A stretch of 63,352 nt of DNA, the filler included, from Platydemus manokwari (lineage: Eukaryota): the NCBI GenBank assembly GCA_037951405.1. It is 6 parts of 6 records of this genome, joined end to end, with 100 filler letters (N's around TTAATTAATTAA, not from the genome) between each part and the next. Parts side by side here need not be neighbours in the genome. Positions count along the whole stretch, not along the records: positions 35,952 to 44,872 come from JBBMOY011329539.1; positions 44,973 to 54,311 come from JBBMOY011262207.1; 4 more parts are not named here. One strand, 5' to 3'. The position numbers and the translations under genes were made by a program. The notes below the pieces were generated by a model. The model was not told the origin of the DNA. It saw nothing but the letters and a program-made list of their open reading frames with translations, and did not search any database. This document shows positions 41,100 through 51,651 of the stretch, in pieces. Position 1 is the first letter of the stretch, and each line of letters starts with the position of its first letter.

Positions 41100-41600
41100 T
41101 CTAGTTGTAGTTACCAAATAAGACCCGAGAGCGATCTGCAACTATGAGACAGTTTCAGATGAAATTAAAGAGTATGATCAAAGACATTTAGAAAAATGGA
41201 TCATTGGCTAAAGAAAGGCTAAGAGTCTTCGAATACCGAGGAGAGTCGGAATTTGACGAAGTTTTGAACAGATAATGGATGGCATTATGTCACATAAAAC
41301 GACGAAAGAAGTACTAGTAGCATTCTTGGCAGTTAATTGTTCAAAGGATATGGAATTAGAGAAAGAGATAAACATGCAAGACATCGTTGAACTATTAAAG
41401 ATCAAAACGGTAATAAAAAGCTAGATAAAGTGCGTGGAGTAAAAAATATAAGTGTTGTTACATCGGATGATTAGATAACAAATCGAAAAGACAATCATAA
41501 ACCAAAGGAGCAGGTAAAGAGAATAGAGACCATGAATTGCTACAACTCTAACAAACCAGGTCATATATCATGAAACTGTAATACCCAGAAAGTTGCACAT
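41100..41600 (+). mobile_element. Gypsy gag relic related to the element at 51652-54311
   Basis: GIMSHKTTKEVLVAFLAVNCSKDMELEKEINMQDIVE aligns with DILFHNITNEELTAFFLVLCRDDVKLEKEIKTRDIEE (53579-53992). Degenerate zinc knuckle CYNSNKPGHIS*NC at about 41538-41580. Confidence 0.75.
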
Positions 41601-41937
41601 TCGTATAATCTCTATTATCTCGTATTACCTTCATCCAAGACACAAAGAATTGACATTCATTTTATTTCCAATGTTTTGAATCAACACCGATTATTGTTTA
41701 CCAGTTTAGGTAATTATTACATGGTGAATGGTATGCGACAATAATTTTCAGATTGGATTTTGTAAAATGGAACCAGTCTGAATAAAATAGAAGAAATTGT
41801 AAAATAATAATTTTATATATTTGAAATAAATATTTTATAAATTGAATGTTTTGTTGTTTGGTAAGCGTGTAAGTACGTTGGTTACATAATATACCCACTA
41901 CTACTACTACTACTAGTATTTCTTCAATAATAAATCC

Positions 41938-41944
41938 TATAAAT
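41938..41944 (+). promoter_or_regulatory. Candidate TATA box of the secreted cysteine-ladder gene
   Basis: ccTATAAATac lies 53 nt upstream of the ATG at 41991. The AT-rich background lowers its significance. Confidence 0.45.
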
Positions 41945-41990
41945 ACTCCAATCATTTCTTATATTTTCAACAAATTCAAAACCGATAAAC

Positions 41991-42350
41991 ATGAACAAGC
42001 TTTCATTATGTGCTGTGTTAATGATGGTGACTGTTGTCTATTCGAAATGGGTTCCACAATCGAATGAGTGTCGACTGAAACATACTCCAGCAGCTATTGG
42101 ATGTGATAGAAAATATGCTGCCGCTGATAAATTTTGTAAAGATGGATATGCTCGATTGAAAGTGCAATGTCGAGGAAAGATGGAAACAATCCAATGTGGT
42201 AATTTGTACAAAAATTTCGATAAACAATGCAAGACAGAACGAAAGAAGTTGTTCCGAGAATGTTTACCAATATATGATATTTATCTTGATGAATGTGCAA
42301 CCGAGCAAGAAGTGAAAGAAGATGATAAAGAAGTTCAATCAGGAAATTAA
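41991..42350 (+). CDS. Small secreted cysteine-rich protein of unknown family, 119 aa
   Basis: Signal-peptide-like MNKLSLCAVLMMVTVVYS; eight regularly spaced Cys in the mature region; acidic tail; aaacATG context; double TAA stop; AATAAA at 42373-42378 and about 42390. Confidence 0.88.
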   Translation: MNKLSLCAVLMMVTVVYSKWVPQSNECRLKHTPAAIGCDRKYAAADKFCKDGYARLKVQCRGKMETIQCGNLYKNFDKQCKTERKKLFRECLPIYDIYLDECATEQEVKEDDKEVQSGN

Positions 42351-43029
42351 TAAGTACGACATTTTATTGGTTAATAAATCATAAATTTAAATAAAAAAAT
42401 TTAGATTCCTGAATGAAATAGTTCATTGTGAAGTTATTTTGTAAAATGGTGAATCCATTTTTATGAAAATTTACTAATAAATTTTATTTTTTTATTTGTT
42501 TTTTATAATAATTATAGAAATATCAGAGTATGAAATGTACTAAATTGAAATGTGATTAGATAAGTTATTTAAATGATTATCACAATATAATAATAAATTA
42601 CTAACTTTCTGTTACAAAGTTATAAATAATGATAAGATTCAATTTCACAAACTGTTTCTTCAGAATTTTGAATGTTTTAATAGCACTTCAGCACTCTATT
42701 TCGCCTACAAACATTTCCACATGAATTATTTTGATATTTAACGGTAATAATCTAAGATTATTGATGAATTGATTTTTAACTTGGTATAGAATTTTGTTCA
42801 CATTATTTTACAAAATGACAATTTTGAATAAAAGTTTATCTAAAGAATACTGGAAATAAGACAATAAACTAGATGGGTTAATACATATTTATATTTCCTT
42901 AACGCCTCAACTGTAACCAAAATTATAATGCTAAATATTATCAGGAAAGGCTTTTTGATTTGAAATGAAAATTCAATTCTGTCTTTATTTTCAAAATTGT
43001 TGTTATCACCGATATATCAAGGGTTTTAA

Positions 43030-44150
43030 TTACATTTCCTCTGTTTATGCACATGCGCACAATCCACACGATTAGTATCTCTTGATATTTTCTTCGCATA
43101 TGAACTTTTTCCTGTATATTCGTTGTTTGTCCTCTTATCTGTTTATCTGATTTAATTAATTTTAATGATTTTTTATTAATTTTGTTTTCTTTTATTTCAC
43201 GTATGTTCCCTCAACATCCATTTTGGGTACTTCATACATTAGAAGACTCACCACTCCTTTCCATACCGTTTATCTTATTTTCCGCTGGCATGCTGTATAA
43301 TTTTAATTTTTCAAGACTTTTTTAGGTCTTTTTTATTTTCTCAACGAGCTTAGTTAATGATATGTATGTGTAGCAAGTTTATCAAATTTATTTACATTCA
43401 TTAAATAATTTAGATGTAATATTTATACTATTTTGGCAATTGCTGATATTATTCTATACGCTTTTTGTAATCGATAGCTTTTCTGATAATATATCTATAT
43501 GGCACTAAGTATGAACAGTTACTATGGAATTAATACCCTAATCGTCGGTAGTCCTTTACATGTCCCCGTCATCACCACTGCTTTGGCCGTTTTAAAATTT
43601 TTATTGATTGTAGTGCTAAGTCAATAATTCTCATGATTCCGTAGATTAAATATCGAGGTGTTTGTGAATTATTTTTCAATACTAAGTGCTCTTATTCTAA
43701 ATTATTGCTCTTGAAATAAATATTTTGTTAATCTTATGATTACGCTCGCGAGTTGTATTTCATATCCAAGTAAATATGCTTCTGTAAATTTCCAAATTGC
43801 TTATATTTGTTGGTTAATATCCCTCTTGTTTATCTCAAATTTGTTTTTATCTTTGTGTTTCATTTATTAAGTCGTGAAACACTTTGTACAAAGCTTCCAC
43901 GTTTGTATAGTCTTTATTACCCTGTATTAACTTCATTCACGACGCATCGTTATTTGAAGTGGCTAATTGTCCCCACATTTTATCAATTCAGTCATCAATA
44001 TTTCAGTATTTTGGTCACATTTATATAGCATTAACAAATCATCTGATAAATAATCATCCGTGATATGATTAGTTATGATTATCTCATTTTTCAATATAGA
44101 TAAAGTATGTGTGTTTCGGATTTATATTCTAGTGTTTCCGTGCTAGTTTT
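43030..44150 (-). mobile_element. Non-LTR retrotransposon relic, copy 2 (RT end plus 3' region)
   Basis: Homologous to 40340-41060. The minus strand has weak RT-like remnants: HITDD near 44055, a LGY/YLG-like stretch near 43765, and KGLPT near 43550. Confidence 0.5.
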
Positions 44151-46223
44151 TTATACTTTCGGTTAGATAAAAAGAGATTTGTTTTAATATTTAAAATAAA
44201 AGCGTGTGATTTTGAAATAAAATAAAATATTGACTTATGTAGGAAAGACTTATGTTTTTACTGTTTAATTTTTGACTTTTTGTTTCATAATTTGTGAATA
44301 GCAGTTTGTTTTTTACAAAACTAGTGAATATTATAATTTTCTTCATATTTTTCCAGTTACATCCAATGATTATAAACATTATCTTTTTTGACAAATTTCA
44401 TTTTCTTCTTTTGTTAAATTCTATGATTTCTCCATTGCTTTATCGATCGTTTCTTCCTGCATGTAATTTAATTTTGATGGCTTATCAACTGATAATTCGG
44501 CCATCAAAATAAATCGAATTTAAAAAAAATTTTATAATGAGATATCATGTCAAAAATTATATGTCACTTAATTTTTTGTAGTGGAATTTCAGTTCGTTTT
44601 CAAAGAGTGCTTTATAAAACATTAGTGACTTACTACTAAAAGCTATCTACTATTTCATTCTTCTCATTTTCAATATATTTTATCACTAATTTGAGTATTT
44701 TCCACAATTTTGACCATTTATTAACTTTAACCTTAAATCCATATTTTTGTGGTCCATCGGTAATCCACACACATGTATATATATTGGGTCTTTATCTTAA
44801 TAACCGGAATTTGACACCAGATGTAAACACTTGTGTGTGTGCTGTAGCAAATCATTAACATACACGTCATTTNNNNNNNNNNNNNNNNNNNNNNNNNNNN
44901 NNNNNNNNNNNNNNNNTTAATTAATTAANNNNNNNNNNNNNNNNNNNNNNNNNNNNNNNNNNNNNNNNNNNNTATCAATCTAAAATGTAATTATTGGTGA
45001 TGAATGTGATATAATAATAAAAAACAAAAAAATTAATTTACTGTTTATCTATAATTATCAAACATCTTGTGATGTATATACACTTTTTGAATAAGCGCCA
45101 TTATTACTTGATTCTATACAAATCTCAAGTTAAAATATTTTTAAAAACAGAGTAGAGAATAATCAATACACATGTTATATATTATCTTACCACATGGGGA
45201 ATGGATTGATTTTTGTAAAAATTTAGACAATTTTTACTGAAAGGGACATTTTTTAGATCAAATAAATAATTGCGTTAGTCAAACTGTAAGTTTAGTCTTT
45301 CATATTTTCTGTTTTCGATAAAATAGCAAACGAAATTTTTCTTGTTTCAACTTGTTCCGAAAATATTTTTAAATCATCAAATTTAAAATGGGTTTTCTAA
45401 ACTTCAATATTGGTTTTCATTTTTATCGCTCTATTAACAACTCTTACCATTCCATATAATTGAATCTCTGTTACAATGGCGATGGGGAATTACTAATAAC
45501 ATGAAATACCAGCACAATATTATTCAATATTATAATCATAAATGTTTTGATTATAATATTAATAATAAAATAATAATTGTAATAATATTAATGAAGACTT
45601 AATAAAACAGTCTTCAAATGATTCAATTATTTCGTCATTCATTCAAGTCATTTCCTGCTCATACTCATCTCAACATAGATAATTATCGAAGCATGATTAC
45701 CAACAAGACACTAATTTATTGCTCATTATCAAACGATGCCACATTCTTTTCCAATTAACATCTTTAACAAAAAATTTACTCAAGAAAAATGCCAAAGCCA
45801 GATTTGGAAATGATGAATGAATACAGAATATAACAGCTTGAAAATGTTTATTACGAGTTTATCATATACGACTCGGATATTTTCCATTTCTCTGTGTTGT
45901 TATATTTTGCATGGCTATAATTTATGGCATTTATAAAAATGGATTCAAATTTGATTGGTGGACATGGACAGCTCAATTTCAAATCAAACTTACTTGATAA
46001 AATAGAAAATCATCAAATATTATTTAAGTAATGTGCTGGCCATCATTTTATTCTTATTAATGTTGACTGCAACAATGTTTATTCCATTGGGTACAGGGAA
46101 CAAATATTTTCTATACAATTTTCTAATTGGTTCATCAAATAAGATTTTAGCAAAAATATAGAAAAGAATAACTGAAAGTAAAAATGATTATTTAAACAAA
46201 AATAGCATTTCAAAAATGCAAAT

Positions 46224-47202
46224 ATGAACGAAACAAATTTCAATACAACATTGACTCACAATAAAGTTATTAATTTTATATTTTATATTTTCATTTATAT
46301 TTCGATAATAATTTCAGGTTACGTCACAATATTTGTTTTTTAATATCATCTATCGTGTTTTAATCATATTAATACTGTTGCTTGGTTACATCGGTAATGG
46401 GTTGATTATTCTCATTTTGAAAAATGAAAACGGTCTTCGATCATTTTCCAAGATTTTGCTATATTTTCAAATATTCTGGGACACGTTAACTCTGTTGATT
46501 TGCGGCCTAAGATATCTCGTTATTATAAGCTTTGAGTTTGATATAAGAGAGATCCATTTTTATTTGAAAATGGTTCATTATTTTTTATCACAAGTATTCT
46601 TGACATGTTCAACCTGGAACTGGTGCATGATATCAATCGAACGAATGTGTCTGGTGTTGTGGCCCACGAATGTCGTTTTGCGTAGACTTTCGAAAAAAAT
46701 GGCTTTCGGAATCAATGTTTTGTTCATCAGTGTTGTGAGCACGAAAATCATCATTTTATATACCCTTGTAAATTATTTTGGAAAAGCTTATTTTTGGATT
46801 TTGATGTTTTTCGGATCGATAATTCCATTTATTATTCTATTTTTAACATCATTTATTATTTTCCGTAAATTGACTTTGAGCATGAAAAGAATTTCTCCCG
46901 GCGCAATTCAACAACAAGAATCCATTCTGAATCCTTTGAAAATTATTCTAGTGGTTTCCATATATTTCCTGATCACCAAAATCCCATATGGTGTATTTGG
47001 CATTATTTTTGATGTCTATCAAAGTAGTTTAACTGGAAATTACTCGATCAGAATTATTTATGATGGTGCCGTGATAATGATGATTTCAAATCATGCTATC
47101 AAATTTTACATTTATATTTCATCAAATAGAAATATGAGACAAATATTGATTGGCAAAATGAAAATTTTAATTAATAAATTTCAAAATCGAACTATTCGAT
47201 GA
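46224..47202 (+). CDS. Orphan rhodopsin-class GPCR (peptide/chemoreceptor-like); exons 46224-46265 and 46318-47202; 308 aa
   Basis: Exon 1 MNETNFNTTLTHNK (two N-glycosylation sequons) splices in phase 0 across a 52-bp gt...ttcag intron into the 46333 ORF frame. TM1 GN, TM2 FWD, TM3 STWNWCMISIERMCLVLWP, TM5 IIPF, TM6 FLITKIPY, TM7 NHAIKFYIY. Confidence 0.9.
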
Positions 47203-48129
47203 TAAAGATTTTGTGATTAATCTATAATTGTGTGACAAGATCCTTTGAATTGGTTTTAGCTAAATGATTATTATAGGTGTAGTCCACTACTGACAAAGAA
47301 TAAAATTTCGTGATATTATATTGTTTATATTTATTTTTTTTATTACATTTTTAGATTAGTTATGATTTTATAAAATCACCCCCTTACTAAAAAACACAGA
47401 TATTTTCCTGTAAAATGATAATTGTTATCTTAGAAGTAAAATATGATTTGCTTTGAAGCTTATTTTTTCATTGGGTATTCCCAGTACAAAAGGATTTTAT
47501 TCGTGATTGGGTTTAAAAATCGATTGAGCTCATATTTATTGTATTTATAAAATTTATGGAATATCTTTTGATCTAATATAAGTCAACAAATGATATCTTG
47601 AATTAAAATCATTTTTAAAATATTTAATTGGCTAAAATTATTTGGGTTATTTCGGCAAAATATCTGACTTTCAAAACACTAACAGTGACTTGTATTTCAT
47701 CTGGTTCCATTTATATATTTATCTTATCGTCATTTATATCATTTAATTTCAGCATATTTATTATATATGCTTGAAGCAATTAGATTTCAACTAATACCGA
47801 AAAAAGATGTGAAAAAAGGAACAAGAATAATCGAATATGATCAAGTTTGAATAAATCGATTAGTTAATTAAGGTTCCGAAAGATAAAGTCTATTATTAAG
47901 TATCCATTAACACTGAAAACTCTACACAATTAGTAGCTCAATTTAAGATAATGATTGATCCCTATCTCATAATTTGTGAATACGAAAAGGTTCCAATGTT
48001 CCCCCTTACTTCTGCTAAAAACATCTTTGTAAAATAATTCGTTTCTATCAAAGTTGATTCTGAAGATTATCGAGATACAACCAAGATATCATTACGGCAT
48101 CATTAGCTAATTAAAAATACCGCCATTAA

Positions 48130-48480
48130 ATGTGATCATTCCTCTAGTCCTACTGGATAATAAGCATTGCCCAAGTCAATCGTGTTGAAAGTTTTGGCAA
48201 CATATAAAATATTCATCATTTCTTTTATGTTTGGAATAGAAAACAAAGATCGTTTGGTTATCATTATATCAGCTTTATTCTTTTTGGCTATGCACTCTAA
48301 TGGAGTGTTCCAAGCTGATTCGGATTTTCTAATTATTTCGGTATTTTCCAAATTCTTTGATCATTTCGTTGATCTTGATTTCTAAACGTATTTGTTGTCT
48401 ACCAAGAAGATATATTATCAGTGACACTATTGTCAACGATACAGTGCTTAAAAAGATCTGCTTATCTATGTCCCACTTAT
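48130..48480 (-). mobile_element. Gypsy RT N-terminal fragment
   Basis: IIRKSESAWNTPLECIAKK...FSIPNIKEM...FNTIDLGNAYY, with the central CvDyR segment deleted. Confidence 0.85.
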
Positions 48481-48770
48481 TTAAATAAATAGTTTCTATT
48501 AAAATTGATTCTGAAAATTATTGAAGCGCAGTCAGGACATCATTAATGGAACATCAGTTAATTAAATTTAAAATCTAATGTAAAACTTAATTTCAAATTA
48601 ATGTGCAAAATCTTGATGAGAAAATTAAAATATCATTTGAAAACATTGCAATTTAATGTCAAAATTGATTTTAATAAACCTATGAAACCCGTTTGGAAAA
48701 TACAGATGATTAGATAAGAGAAATATTTACTTATCAAGGAAATAATCTTTAATTGGAAAATTTATATGAG

Positions 48771-49697
48771 GAAATCTATTGAACTGGGAACAGAAAAATA
48801 CAATAATTTAAAATTTTTAATCTCCCATCATCTGAAATGCATACTGTTCTCTGTTTTTATAATTTGCAGTTAATTTCTCTTCAAACTTATAACTACCCTG
48901 TACAAAAATAATACTAATTTAGAGCTCTCGATTTAAAACTTAAATCGATATATTTCCAAGAAACATAGGCACATAAACATAGGAATCAACATTTCTCAGT
49001 CTTGTTAGTGATGTCACTAATATTGACTTTGTAATTTTATGATAAAATAAAGGGGCTATCTTTGTTCGAATAATTTTTTTCATATTAGTTATAATCGAAT
49101 TTATAAATTTCACTGGAAATGAATTATTAAACTCAATGATGCAATAAAAGGTCATTTATGATGACACAATTATAAAATTATAAATTTAATAAAGTCGAAT
49201 AATGAAACAGATGCTGTAATTAAGAGATATGTTAAGGAAGTTGAAAAAAAATGTCAATTGAAAGCCGAAAACTATTTAGATAATGAAAGAAGGAAAATCA
49301 ATAAAATATTTAGAATAAGTAAAAGGGATATAATTTAAAATTTAAGAAAAAATTTAAGATTTTTAGAGATAATACAATTTGGAAGTTGATTTTGACTCTG
49401 AAAACAAAATACAGAGAAAAATTGATTCCTATTTTGAACTCAAACCAATAATATCCAATGAATAAATGCCCAAAAATTTTTGAACTATGTCGATTTGAAT
49501 TTTAAACCGAAAGCTCTGATTTGGTATTATTTTTGGAATTAAAATAATGAAACAAAACCACTTTATATGAGGCAGTTGTAAATATGAAGAGAAATTAACT
49601 ATAAATTATTAGAACAGAAAACAGTATGCAATTGATATTATAGGAGATTAAAAATTTAAAATGACTATGTTTTCCCTTTTCCAGTTCAAAAGATTTC
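48771..49697. mobile_element. Non-autonomous DNA element with long (about 230-285 bp) imperfect terminal inverted repeats
   Basis: 48771-49000 (gaaatctattgaactgg...aaatttttaatctcc...tgcatactgtt...agttaatttctcttca...caaaaataatac...agagct...aaatcga...ataggaatcaa) is the reverse complement of 49412-49697. Confidence 0.75.
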
Positions 49698-51651
49698 AGT
49701 TAACAGAAGTTATTCAAGTGTGATTAGTAAAAATATTTTGTAAATTGTTTCGCCAACCAGTTAAACGTAGAACTAATCAGATTTATTTCAATTGAAGGCA
49801 TGAAAGATCTCAAAAATCAAAGATAAGAGACAATGAATTTGAGATATACATAATAATTATATTAATTATAGCAAAGTGGTAGAAATAAAAGAGTGAGCGA
49901 AGGTAAAATTGAGAAGTAAAAGCTAAGAAATTTCATCTTATTTAATGTCAATCGGACACAAAATCGCAGCGCCGTGGTAAATAAACATTTTAAACTAGAA
50001 AATACAAAACGGAAAGAAATTATTATCGACAATTTCATAGATAATTATCATTGGCCACTGAATCAATTTAAAAGTGGAACAAAAAATGATATAACGGAAA
50101 TGGTGTAACTGTTTAATAAAAAATTTTCAATGAAATTTATATAATTCTGAATATCGATGTGTATTGCACGAGTCCATAAATATCATTATGTCCATTTTTA
50201 AAGGATTCACTTGCTCAGCAAAATTATCGTGTTACCTTTGCTAGTGTAGATATCATTGTCGAATTGTGGCACACTTCTCAAATTTAAACATCAGCTTCAG
50301 TTTCCTGTTATAAATTTTTCAATGAAATATTAATTCCTAAATATGTCAGTATATTCACTCATTCTTCTTATTTTTTATTTTTTCTAGTTTGTCCTTGCTT
50401 GTTTTTCTATACCGCATTTTATCATTTTTCTATTCATTCTTTTTGTTTTCAGCCATCATTACCAGTATTCTAGTTTTAATTTATGCTCTGATTATGTTGA
50501 TGTGTTTAGTCAAATATTGGAAACACGCCTGGCACATATACTTTGAGAGTATATTTCAGGCTTAAAATTCTTTCTGGATATCATGTTTATATAACAAACT
50601 GCTTAGATTATTTTGCAGTGGATGTATTTTTGGATTATTTGTTTCTAATATGAATGTAAACATTTTGTAGTTCTTTAGTAACCCGGATCTTTTCCTACAG
50701 TAGTTATGTTAAGAATGATGAAAGAAATATTATATTGACTGTGCTTATTTCCTAATAATGCATTGATAAATTATTATCATGAAGTAAATTCAGAATAAAA
50801 TCAATAACATTCTATTTACAATGAGTGCAATCAATCGATTTCATAGAAAAGTAGAAAATTCTTTTATTAAAATGTAATAAAATTTTGTGTAATAAAATGA
50901 GAAATAAGATACTATATTTATCACTAAATTTGTCATGGACAATCTATTTTGTCAAAATAATTACGAGAACATCATTGTAGCCAGAACATCACATCTTATT
51001 CAAAATACCAAAAAACCAAATCCAATCCCAGTTAATATCAAACATAAATTGAAAAACTTTTTCTTTTGAAAATTCTTCTTGAAATCCATTTCAAATCAAT
51101 CAAATGGTTTTGTTGTTCCCCGTGCTTGTGTAGTCACACAATCTTTTCAATTCGATTATTTTAGTGCAAACCATAATGAAATCGTTCATAAATTATAATT
51201 AATATAATCATTATGTGTTTCCTCTTTTATTTTCCTGTCGACATAATTATCGCATTGCCAAAATCACGAGACATTCCATTCAAATTTACGAACTAGTCAA
51301 GCATATCATTCGCCGAACTGATCAATCACAATTAATCAATAAATAAATTCATTCAATAAAACAAAATCATCAATATTCTCCAAATGCATTTTATAGATTT
51401 ATTAGAAGTCAAACTTAAATCAATTTAGTCTTTTCAATTCACTTTATTCCGGAACTCTTATTTTTATAATTCCGTAAATTATATATTATATTTATAAAAT
51501 TATTAATGTTTTTTTTTTATCAAAATAATATCTTTTCCATTCTAAGAAAATGATTTCAATCTCTGACTCTAGGAAAGTCGATATTTTTCTTCTTCAAAAA
51601 TATTGGACGATTTAAAATTTTAAAATTTAGCTTGTTCTTTTTAGTTTTAAT

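Noticed and set aside
42018-42300. Three overlapping minus-strand ORFs
   Set aside because: Shadows of the secreted-protein CDS, with no motifs.
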